Assembly (NCBI GenBank): GCA_043228905.1
Contig: JBHGNT010000016.1
Span: 2,542,001 to 2,606,000, forward strand
DNA length: 64,000 nucleotides
Origin: Azolla caroliniana
Taxonomy: Eukaryota > Plantae > Polypodiophyta
Direction of reading: 5' to 3'
In this document: positions 51,167 to 62,962 of the stretch, in pieces
Layout of the letters: the number at the start of each line of letters is the position of its first letter
Numbering within the stretch: position 1 is the first letter of the stretch
Made by a program: the position numbers and the translations under genes
Notes under the pieces: generated by a model
The model's database searches: none
Told to the model about the DNA's origin: nothing
The model's input: the letters and a program-made list of their open reading frames with translations, nothing else

Positions 51167-52000
51167 ATTTTTTTTTATATATTTTTTTCCAAAAAAATTA
51201 TACTTCCATTAGTTAAGAATAAGTACATAGGATAATATATAACTCATATGTTACAAGCCACTTTGCAATGGGTACAAGAAAACATCATGTATAAATGAAG
51301 CAACAAAGCCTCGTCACAAAATCACTCGACAGACTCCCCTCAACATGAGCCTCACACAACCCAGATTCAGCAAAGACACCCTCCAATCTCTTCACAATTC
51401 ATCACCTACCTCTGTGTTTGGTACCCTAGGAGGAAACAGCCACCGGGGTGGCTGATAAATCCACTTTGCATTGCCATCCACCATTTGTAACATCGGAGAA
51501 CCTCTCCATTTAAGAAGGAAGCGGTATCTAGCTTCTTCACTCGCATCAGAGGGCCCCTAAAGGTTGTCAAACTTTCCTTGCAGCGTAGAAATCAGATTAA
51601 ACCAAATCATCATTAAGCTCTCAACCAATGGGGTTCGCTTCCTGGTAAACGACTCCTTGCACATAGATACCCACACTTGCCAAACAATAAGGCCAACCAC
51701 TAAAAACCAAACATCTACGTACCGTTCCTGTATGTAGAATGAATCTCCTTGAGCCGCAAGTTGAATTGTTCCATTCACCACCTTTAAAGAAGGGCTATTT
51801 CCATTCCACCCATGAAACCATGCAGCCGACTCAATAGCTAACCAAACAATTGTTGCATTTGATACCTGAACTTCAACCCACATCGAACCATAATTCTTAA
51901 GCTCCTCGTCCAAACTTCTTAGGCTCGCGGGCAACTCCCTAAACAATGGGCGATGTCCTCCAATCTCGCTCCACAAGCCTTGCAATTACTCATGCCACCC
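51167..52000 (-). mobile_element. 5'-truncated L1-type LINE 3' end with A-rich tail, inside the MULE
   Basis: ORF 51557-51985 (LIVWQVWVSMCKESF) continues past one stop to KWIYQPPRWLFPP...* at 51392. T-rich tract at 51167-51188. Confidence 0.75.
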
Positions 52001-55000
52001 CTTTTCCCCAGCCACTCTAAACTTGTTAGTCGTAATGGCTTCTGCTATTTGATTGAGCAAAGAGTCATCCCGGAGCAAGCAAGTCATGAAGTTGTAGAAT
52101 TGGTCATCCTTTAACAAACTTTTGGATTGTTGGAGATAGGCTTCGTCCTCTGGAGTGAGCTCTAACTCAAATTGACGGAAAAAGACATCGGTTGTCGTGT
52201 GTTGAGCGTCAGGTCGAAAGATTATCTCAAAATCATAGTTTGCCAAGAAGGTTGACCAACACGCTTGTCTATGATTTAAAGTTCATGTGGTAGAAAAGTA
52301 TATTAGGTTTTTGTGATTGGTAACCACTTGGATACGGTGTTGCGCCCCGACCAAATAGGGTCTCCATTCTTCAAAAGCAACAATAATAGCGAGAAGCTCC
52401 TTGTCATATATGGGGTAGTTGATTTCTAGGGCCGTGAATTTGCGGGAGTAGTAAGCCATTGGGTGAAGCACACCAACCTCATCTGGCTAGGGGAGGATTG
52501 CCCCAATGGCGAAATCGAAAGCATCTGTTTCGACTTGGAAGGCTTAGTGAGGTCAAGATGTAAAAGGATTGGTGCCATAGTAAACATTTGTTTCAGCAAG
52601 TCAAATGCCTTTTGTGCACTTGTTGTCCATTCCAAAGTAGCATCCTTGCGGGTAAAGAGCAATGAGAGGTTGTGCAATCATTGAAAATCCTTTGATGAAA
52701 CGACGATAAAATTTGGCAAAACCAAGAAATGAGTGCACATCTCATACCCGAGTTGGGACAACCCACTCTTGAATCATGTTGACTTTCCGTGTGTCCGTTG
52801 TGACTCCTTGTGTCGAGATGACATACCCAAGAAACTCTACAGAAGTACGATCAAATTCACATTTTTCACTTTTAGCATAGAGTCCATGCTCTCAAAGTTT
52901 CGCGAGGACTAACCTGACATGTTGAATATGCTCCTTGATTTTCGAAGAGAAGACCAAGATATCATCCAGATAGATCACAACAAAGTGATCCAGATATTCT
53001 CGGATGATGTCATTCATCATATGTTGAAATACTGCAGGAGCATTAGTGAGGTTGAAAGGCATTATCTTATACTCGAAATGATCATAGCGCGTTCTAAAGG
53101 CGGTTTTCCATTCATCTCTAGGTTTGATCCGTACTAGATTGTATGCTCCCCGTAGGTCGATCTTAGAGAAGATCCGCCCAGTTCGGAGTCGATCCAACAG
53201 CTCTGGGATGAGAGGCAGTGGGTAGTGGTTGCGAACAATAATCTTGTTTAGACCCCGATAGTCGACGTAGAGGCGTAAGGAGGCATCTTTCTTTTTCACG
53301 AACAAAATAGGAGCTCTAGGTGGTGATTTTGAGGGTTGAATAAAACCCTTTTCAAGGTTCTCGTTGAGATAAGTTCGGAGTGCCTGGAGTTTTGGTTCTA
53401 ACAACTCATAAATTGGGTAGAAGGGAGGACTGGCACCTTCTTGCAGATCGATCGGAGAATCGTAGGGTCGATGCTTGGGCAAGCGATCAACATTCTTTTT
53501 CTCAAACACGTCCCCAAACTCTTCATACTTTGACGACAGTGAGTCAGTACTTTTCTCCATTGGACTACTTGACTCAAAGGCACTATGCACTATTTTCCTC
53601 GTTGTGACTAGGAAATGAGCGTCCGCCTCGGAGCTGATTCCTTCTTTAATGGAAGGGTGAGCGCCTGAACCCGATTAGTGCCATATTGTTGCTGCAACAT
53701 AAGATACTGCTGGCACCTCCGAGCTGGTTTGCGAGAAAGTAATCGAGTGGTTGTGCCAATCGATAATTGGATTTTGTGCCTTCAACTAGGACACACCAAG
53801 TATGATTGGATGTCGCGGTGAAGTGATAATGTAAAATGTTAAGAACTCCTAGTGGTCCTTGAGTTGTAAGATAAGTGGGACAATGGCTTCGGTGACTGCT
53901 CCAGAAGAAAGCATGCATCCATCGAAAGCTTCCACTGGGATTGGCTTGGACAATCAGACAACTAGAAATTTATGTTTACAAACGAACATTTCGTCCATAA
54001 AACGCGATGTTGCCCTGGAATCGAGAAGTGCTAAGGACCTAATTGAAATAGACTTGAAATGGATGCTTACTGGGAAGGAGAAATCTTCTATCGATGTAGC
54101 CGAACTATGGGAGCAACATGAATGTGGATTTTCCAACCACATGGCTCCTATTGTGGTTGGACACCATCGTTTTCCAGTTGTTGGGATCGTCTAGTCATAT
54201 TGTTTGTAGATAATTGTCGTTGATTATTCTTAACTGGGCAAAAACGAATGAGATGAGTGGATGCACCACAATATAAACATAGTTTGTTGGATCGGTTGTT
54301 ACAGGCATGACCATATAATATCCCGTGGTGAGAATTTACCGTAGTATTCTATACACGTGGATAAGTGTGAGGGTTAAATGAGAGTGTAAAGAAGGGGAGG
54401 ATTACTTTTAATCCTCAGGATTAAGACAACCCATTAGGCCAAGTGTGAACTTGCCTGGGGGCCTTGGGTATCACTATAAATAAGAGGCCTAGTTACCCTC
54501 ATTGGATCATCTTGTTGACTACGTCAAGACTCTGTCTTGTGGTGGGTCAACTCTTGTAGCAAGCGCACTAGCACCAGGTACGACTCGATGCCACGACAGT
54601 GGTGTGGGATGCCGATCGAGGCTCGAGTCCGTCTTGATCCCTTCGCTCGGGGGTGGTCCAATGGATCAACACCCTTCTTTCTCTCTCTCCTTTCTATCTA
54701 GATCTATATTTTATCCTTATCTAATGCTTACATTAGTTCGTGTCTCTTACATCGGTGATACCTCTGTTCAGCCTCGGTGAGTGGCGGGGCGGGAGCTCGA
54801 TCAATTTCCATTGGCACGGGGTCATCATACGATGAAGATGGAGGAGATCTCGAAGAGGGTTACCGCCTTGAAGTTGATGGTTCCTCCTGACAAAGCTCAA
54901 ACAACCGATTGTCACAACTAACTACTTGCGTGATGGCTTGCGACAATGACGTAGGCTCCGAAAAGTTTAGTAAATTTTTATCTCACTTCGAAGGCCCTGA

Positions 55001-55756
55001 CGAAAATGGTCGTAAAGCGCTTGGCCATCCCACTGAACATCACATGCTAATTGTCTAAATTCAGAGGCATAAACGGATACTAGACATATACCTTGATGTA
55101 ATGAATAGAGTTTGGTAATGGTAGTTCGGTGTCGTTTCATATCCCCAAATGTCGCCTCGAACTCTGTCAGAAAGGCAGGAAAATTTTGGAGAAGTGGTGA
55201 TGAAGTTTCGACCAACTATGCAAACTAGGCTTGTGCAGCTCCTGACAGAAGGGTCCCAATGAGACCAACTTGACGAAAAACATCTGCATACCGTTGGGGA
55301 TGTAGTTCAATAATAAGCTTGACCTGATTTATGAACCCGAAAGTGCTTCCTCGTGCCATCGAACTTGTCAGGTAAACTAATCTTGGGCTCCATACTTGTA
55401 GTGGGATGGAGAGGAGTTGGAGAAAGAGTGGACGAGGGACCAAGCTCTACAGGTAGAACATTTGTTGATGCATGAGGAGAGTTGTTTTTTTCGTCGAGTT
55501 CCATCGGTGTTCCAACTTGAAGCTTCCGTAGCGATACTTGAAGGTTGTTATTCTCAAGTTGAAGTTGATGCATGGCTTCCATGTGTTGATTTATTCTCTT
55601 GTTAAGATCCGACATGTTGAGGCTTAGAAAATGGGAATGTGAACAAACTGTCACGGACAGGTAGACGAGGCTAAATACTAAGAGAGAGCGAGAGCATAAG
55701 CAAGAGAACAAGAAAGGGATAGAGATTGTCACGGACGAGTAGACGAGGCTCAGTAC

Positions 55757-55803
<47 letters not shown>

Positions 55804-56049
55804 ATAGACAAGAGAACAAGAACGAGAGAGAGAAAATAGACAAGAGAACAAGAATTGAATTATGTTTCCGTAACTGGTGTCGTTCTCCTTGATTGTAATC
55901 AAGGTGCACCTGAGTATTTATACAAGAATGTGAAGGTATGCATGTAAGCTAGGAAACTTCTAGAGAATGCATCTTCATGCACTCTCTAGAAGTTTATTGA
56001 AAGTTCTAGTGATTAATCTACAATGTAATAAGTTGAATCTTATACAACA
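52000..56049 (-). mobile_element. Degenerate Ty3/Gypsy chromovirus-type (Tcn1/Tf2/sushi-like) LTR retrotransposon: 5'LTR, gag, protease, RT, RNase H; integrase and 3'LTR missing
   Basis: LTR 55649-56049 (TGTTG...TGACA, TATA at ~55915-55925). Gag ATG at 55615 with EPKISLPDKFDG; protease ALLDSRAT; [51 protein letters not shown]; RNase [19 protein letters not shown]. Many frameshifts. Confidence 0.92.
54297..54751 (+). mobile_element. Solo LTR (455 bp) with 5-bp TSD TCGGT, inserted in the Gypsy gag
   Basis: Termini TGTTACA...CTTACA; TCGGT at 54292-54296 and 54752-54756; TATAAATA at ~54475. Removing it restores gag ...EQRYHR|SNKLCLYCGASTHLIRFC (CCHC knuckle). Confidence 0.9.
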
Positions 56050-58523
56050 TAATAATGCATAGATGGATGTAGTTTATCTGGTAAGGTTGCCCAATAAGAT
56101 CATGAGGTCATGGGTACAACCCCCTATATTCCATGTGGCATCTTGTCTATGACAGGTATAACATTTTGTTGTCAATTTTATTTTTGTACACATTAAAGAA
56201 AATTTTAATGGTTTCGTGTCTGTCGAGTGTTTGATTTGAGTAGAGTACATGTATGTCAATTATGGGCAGGGTGTCTTAATACTAATGGGTCGGGTGTCGG
56301 GTGACAACTTTTTTACTTTTGCGTTGTTTTTATTATCCACATTGGACGGTGCAGATCGCACGTGCCCTCAATTGAGGGACCTACACCATCCCTGCCCATA
56401 ATTCCCTCACTTGCCCTCTTTAATATTTGGTAGCAGTTAGACACGAGCCCCCTAAAGTCAAGGCCATCCATCCATACATACATACATATGTCGTACATAC
56501 ATATATGTGTGTATGTGTTTGGGTGGTCCCTTGAACTTTGAAGGCAAAGCGAGTTGACATTTTCTCATGATATCTCGACATCTTTGTAGTATCTTCCTAT
56601 CCCAAATGTCACATGCCCTTGGTGTTTTTTATGTCCGGTTTAACAACTCTGATATCTATGTCATCCGTCTGATTCGTTGATGGTTCTCATGGTATACACA
56701 CCTCTAGCATCTTAGATCATTCATTGACTTTGTTAGTTGTTATGCCTCCAACATCGATACTATGTATGTTTCGTTATGGAAATATTGCATGCATATCAAT
56801 ATTCCAGACTTATTATGTGGTGAATCATTATGTTGGACATATATCATCTTTTAGGATCCAAATATGCCTTATTGGGCCAAAAATACAATAAGTACACTTT
56901 TCCTACTAGCTTGTAGTTAGTAAGGTTTTTTTTTTCAAAATTGGGATGATTTATCAAGCCCAAGTCATTGGTTGGAAGCACATGTCAATCAATGCTTTGT
57001 GATCAAGTTGCCTCCTTCATGGTATCCTAGCATATGAGACTTGGACCTTATCTCATTCATCTTCCTTACAATTGTGAGCATTCTCATCCTTTAAAGGCTT
57101 TTCATGCTCTTTGGTTTATCTTCTAAGAGTAAGGACCTAAGGGTCATACTTATGGATGAGAGGGGAGGGGAGGAGAATTGTTCTTATGGATGGACTCCAA
57201 TTGTATATTCTCATGGTACATTGTACCCCCCCCGGCACAACAACGCTTGCACTATAGACCACATGAGGGGAACAAAGATAAAGATAACAATTTCAAGGAG
57301 TTACATGTGCAATAATAATGTAAGTTCTTACTTTCATTTCTGGACCCTATGCTTTTTCGTAGTATATTTAAACCCTTTTTTATTAAGTTTGCAAATGCAT
57401 ATAATTAGAATATACAAGATCTTATCATCATCAATACAACTTAGGTACCCTCACCTCAATACATGTCTTCCAATATTACTTTGAGCAAGTGATGCTTGAG
57501 TAGTTTCACAACTAACCCATCGATTCTATAATTACTTTGCACAAATAATAATACTATGAGGACTTACCAATTATTATCATGAATCTTCCCACATCATGTG
57601 ATTCTAAAGTACTTCGATAATCAGCTAATAAAATATTGTGGATAATTTTGAGTTTATAAAGGGAAACAATATCATTTTCACAGTTTGTATCGTGGAAAGT
57701 ATGACAAATTCAATAATGTAAAAGCATTTAGTGAGAGTTAATTATGCGTACATATTTTAAATTCATGACCAAAACCATATCCAATCTCAAGCACCAAATT
57801 AAGAGTTCCTATAACATTGTAACACAATATTGTTTGTAGTTCAATAACTTTCACATAGACCTTCAAAGTTCAACATTCATTCTCATAAAAGCTTAAGAGG
57901 ATAACCTCTCGTGATGCATTCTTTAGTGCATCAGAACAAGGTCTCACCCACCTTCCTATGAGCTTACGTTGGAAAGTACATCCCAAATCAGTATTACATA
58001 AAAATGCCGATTTTATGTACACATTGGTAAGAAGCAATTAAAAAGTAAGCCTTAAATAATATGCATGCAAAGATATGTGTGTTTGTGAAGAATCAAAGTA
58101 TGAACAAAATTATTCGACACAAATATTTATGAAGTGAACACAATAGCCGTTTGTAAGATGAACAATACATATGATCAAGAGTCATCAATGTTTAGTCGAG
58201 GACTTACTACCATCAAGAGTTCCTAACATCAATGTTCCATGGATTTGACTTTCAAAACAAAATTTAAGGCATAATTTCCAACTAGCTTTCATTAAATCAA
58301 ACACATGTGCTCTAGGTTGTAGTAGTTTCTCGAGCTTTGTGACATAAAGATATAGAATGCATCCTTCCAATAAAACTTCACATTTCACAATAGAACGCAC
58401 ATGAAACAAGAATTTATTCTCCCAATTTTTTTTTCTCTTGTCGGCCCAAGGGGATAGGTACTAGGCACCATTTTCTTAGCGAAAGAATCGTCGATTTTTG
58501 TTGTCGATTGTTTGGTTACGTAA

Positions 58524-58579
<56 letters not shown>

Positions 58580-59473
58580 AAAGTGGCAAAAGACAACTCC
58601 CCGGTTAAGAGTGATAGGTTTTACTAAAGATATATCGGGAGAAATTAACCACCTTATTTTGAAGAAGCCAACTTGTAGAGTCCACAATCAAATTACCTCT
58701 GATCGAGTCACCTTTTTCAAAGATATAACAAAGTCAAGTTCCACTTATTATGTTAAAACTTTCATTCTTGCCGGTCTCCTATACAACAAGAAGTTCAACA
58801 ACGAGACAAAAATGAAGTTCGACATCTACAAACTCGAGCAATCATGTAGCTAAAACGAGATATGAGAGTTTTTAGTTTAGGCCTAACTAAGTACTTAACT
58901 AGGTCAATATAGCAATGCATGTATGTACTAGGTCAATAAATTAAAAGGGTTTCTTATGCCTTAAGTATGTGTATGAATTATCCATCCCTATGAGTCCAAA
59001 AGTAGGGATTAGGCAAAATATTATTGTTCGTGTTTTAGGAATTTCCAGACTTTACAAAACCTTTGGAAAAAGAAAAGAAAAGGTAGGAGTAGTTATTCTC
59101 CCTCCACTCAGAGGGAAACTAATGGTGTATCATGTATGTATATAGATGTGTGCCTGTTTTTAATCTTCTTCTTCTTCTTCTTCTTCTTCTTCTTCAAAAT
59201 GTGTTAAAAAATGCTTGAAGAAAAGTGGTATTAGCCTTTAGAACTCTTTCTGATTCTGATTCTTCTTCTTCTTCTTCTTCTTCTTCTTCAAGGTGTCTAG
59301 CTAAGTCTTTCCCCACACAGACACACACTCTTATGGTCTCTGTTCTTCTTCTTCTTCTTCTTCTTCTTCTCTCCTTTCGATGATGTTATTTATCTCTTTG
59401 TGTTCCATAGCCATTAATTAGTATTACATATTTTTGACCTTTTCTTCTTCTATTTCCTTCCTCTTCCTTGGAT

Positions 59474-59535
<62 letters not shown>

Positions 59536-60329
59536 GATCTCATCTGCGTCCATCCATGCCCCCCCCCCCCCCCCCCAAAACCCTAAAATCCTTTCACAAA
59601 AGCGAAAAGGGTTTTCTTGATTTCTTCCCATCTACTTTTCTCTCTTCCTCCTCCTCTTTCCCATTTCTTTTTTCTTTCCTTCGCGTGTAAATCCATTGCT
59701 TACGACAAATGAAATTATATACATACATATATTTATATAAAGCAGCATTTGTACTTTTCTTCGCAAACCTTCCCAGACGATGAGCCTCTTTTGTTCATAT
59801 ATTATCTTCAATTGAAGATGAGGATTAAACCTTCTTCTTCTTCTTCTTCTTCTTCTTCTTCTTCTTCTTCTCGTAAATGGCATCATACATGCTTACTTGT
59901 GCTGGGGAGTCATCATCATGTAAGTGTTCCATATTGAGGAAAAGAGAAGAAAAGAACATTCGCTATCGTAGCAAAAGGTCTACTATGGAGCTATGTTCCT
60001 TTTGTTGATTTTGTGTGGAAGAATGTGAGTAAAATTATGCAGGATGCAACAACAAAAGAGAGAAAATCTCTATATTAGTAAGCTATTCTAGTCGGCTCCA
60101 AAAATGTTGTACACTAGATGGCAAATATTCAGAAAGCAAATCTCCATCAATTAGCTCTTCTTTGTTGAATATTCTATGTTAGGGAAAGAGTGAATACATC
60201 AACAGAGGAAGCAAATATGAGCTATTTTGCCAGATGTTGTATGTTGTAAGGTGAGTAAATCTACAAAGAAAGTAAGGTATCTATCTGTCAACGGGACTTC
60301 CTGAGGAAGTATATGGAGTAAGGAAAAAG

Positions 60330-62962
60330 ATGAATGGAGATGCGACATTGGCAGCATTAGAGGAAGGATGGAACCAATATAAAGAGAATTTAGAGCTCCG
60401 CAAGAACAAGAGATTATTAAGCCCTATACAACCCAAACCTAGGTTAGATGATGACATCTCAAGTCTAGGAATGTCTAGAAAGGCTTGTATCTTGAGCATA
60501 GATGGAGGTGGTATGAGAGGAATCATTCCAGCCCGGGTCCTTTCATACATAGAAGACTCTCTCCAGAAGAAGACAGGAAACCCAGATGTGAGAATAGCTG
60601 ATTTCTTTGATATAATAGCAGGAACTAGTGTAGGGGGGCTCGTAGCCACTATGCTAGTAACCAATAATGGCAATGGTAGGCCATTGTTTAAGAGTGAGGA
60701 GGCATGGAAGCTTATTGCTGAGAAAGGAAAGCTTATCTTTCGGGTTCCGACATTGCAAAGGCCATTTGCGTGGCTACGGGGAATTCTCAGCCCGAGATAC
60801 TCGACCAAGGACATGGAAGGGATACTGAAAAAATACTTGAGTAGGGATGGAAGAGAACTAACACTCAAAGACACCGTGAAGCCACTATTAGTGCCTTGTT
60901 ATGATCTTTCGAGTGCATGTACGTTCTTATTCAGTCGAGCGGATGCGATGCAAACAGATAGCTTCGATTTTGCACTCGCGGACATATGCCGGGCAACATC
61001 GGCCGTGCCAGGGTTCTTCAAGCCGTCCAAACTTGTATCCGTGAACAAGAAGACTCTGGTAGTGGGGATAGATGGGGGTTTAGTGATGAACAACCCGGCG
61101 GCAGCTGCAGTTACACATGTACTTCATAACACTGCCGAGTTCTCATACGTGAAATCAGTCAGCGATGTGATGGTGCTTTCGCTTGGTACCGGTCTATTCG
61201 ATCGATCTTACCCTAATGAGAGGGTGAGGAAATGGGGTGCTTTCCAGTGGGTGAAACCTGTTGCGAGGATCGTTCTTGATGGTATCTCAGACATGGTTGA
61301 CCACTTCATGAGCATGGCATTCAATGAGCATCGATCCAACTATGTCCGCATTCAGGTAAACAAAAATGCCTTTAGTTGCTTGGCTAATGTGAATTTCTTA
61401 CCTTCATATACTTGTAGTTTATGCTGGACCTAATCAGGAAACCCTAAAAAACTCATAATCCTGAAAAACCTGCAACTCTAAAAAGTCCAGAGCCCTAAAC
61501 CCTGAATCTAAACTCTACAACTGTGAACCTTAAAAAACTCTAAATATTGAACCCAAAACATTTGACTTCAAACTTTGGACCTGAAATTCTGAAACTCAAA
61601 ATCCTGGATGGTTTGGTTTTTATGCTTGTTGGTAAATTTGTGAGTCGATAGTCACTAAGTGATCCAGTTGAATCATCCAAGAGAGATCAGAATTGTGATG
61701 CTAAATGCTTTGTTAACTTTACATACTTGGAATTCATTATTCACTCTAAACTATTAACCCTAGACATGCTAAAGGCTTTTATCGAGATTCAAAAGTTTTG
61801 CTAACTGCTTTCTTGTAGATTCAAAAGTATTGCTGAATGCTTTCTTGGGAAATTTGAAAGTCATGTCTAATGTTTTCCTATCTTTACATATTTGGAACTG
61901 ACGAGGCACCCAAAACCGTAAAGTCTCAATGGTTTGTTATTCTTAAGTTTCATGCATCAGGATACACCCTTTCCTTGTAAGTCTTTGAGTTAAGGGTCAC
62001 TAAATGGTGCAACATGAATAATTCAAGAGACATCAGAATTCTTGGTTGATTAACCCTAAGAAGTTTATACTCTTGCACACATAATCTCCTTGGAGGCAAT
62101 GTGATAAAAGTTGCCTGATAAGTCATCAAAATTCATAGGCCTATGGCAATAGCTGATAGATATATGTATATTTTGTAGAGAACTGTATGGGCTTGCTCAT
62201 ATGTCTTGGTATCTCATAGAAACCATTTCATCACTGTGTAATTTGTGAATGTGTTTATACATAGTATGTATGGATGTGTGTATCTGTGTGCAAATGTATG
62301 GATTGTTAGTATCTACTATGTAGCTTTATACCATATTTCCTTAATGTTTTTTCAATGTACTTGTCGCTTAAAAAATGAATGATTATCCATGATTTCTTCA
62401 TGAAAAGCAATGTTCATGCTGCATTATTATTTAACCATATAATTCTGATGTATGGCGTGCTTTGTATATTCCATGTAGGTTTTGTCTAGCACTTTTGGTT
62501 AATGTTTTTTTCAATGTACTAGTTCTTTAAAACATGAACAAATTTTTCATGCTATCACTTATTATTAATTAATTAGTTTTGGCTCAGGATTTAACTTTCG
62601 TCCTAATCTAGATTGTCTTGTATCTTAATTGTTATATGTGGAGAGAGACACAAACCTATGTTCTATATATAGTTATATGTATGTATGCATATATAATATT
62701 TAATAAGTTGGTGTTGAAACAGGTTTCTGGAATACCAAGCCGGTGTCTGATGGAGATGGATGATCCGAGTAGTGCAAATGTACGGCGATTGACAAAGATT
62801 GCCGACGACATGTTGAACCAACCCAGCATGGAGTATATACCTTTTGGTGGAAAACGCCAGCTCCAACTGACAAACAAAGAACGTCTGGATCACTTTGTCG
62901 ATTGCCTCATTGCCGAACATCGTGTACGTCAGACAGAGTCCCCTCTCCCACTTCATTGTTGA
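60330..62962 (+). CDS. Patatin-related phospholipase A, group III (pPLAIII)-like, 2 coding exons
   Basis: Exons 60330-61355 and 62723-62962, phase 0, GT-AG. ILSIDGGGMRG, RIADFFDIIAGTSVGG, PCYDLSS..FLFSRADA..SFDF.L.DICRATSA, IDGGLVMNNPAAAAVTHVLHN, VLSLGTG, IVLDGISDMVDH, NYVRIQ, TNKERLDHF...LIAEHR. Confidence 0.92.

Larger units (their letters stand above)
49270..56447. mobile_element. Non-autonomous Mutator-like (MULE) DNA transposon with ~200-bp TIRs and nested retroelements
   Basis: 49270-49475 is the imperfect inverted copy of 56245-56447; the shared core includes gagggc.cgtgc.atctgcaccgtcc.atgtggataataaaaa and gacacccgaccca. It is flanked by the direct repeat CCCCCTAAAG (49260-49269, 56448-56457), a 9-10 bp TSD. 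No intact MURA transposase ORF. Confidence 0.85.

Noticed and set aside
55307-55909. 200-aa ORF with an apparent transmembrane N-terminus fused to gag (env-like)
   Set aside because: The hydrophobic part is the CT-rich LTR U5 read in frame; gag most likely starts at the ATG at 55615.
60281-60874. 197-aa antisense ORF over the patatin exon (likewise 27252-27578 over AHA1 and 34111-34587 in an alternative frame of ArfGAP)
   Set aside because: Antisense or alternative-frame shadows of strong genes with no recognisable motifs.
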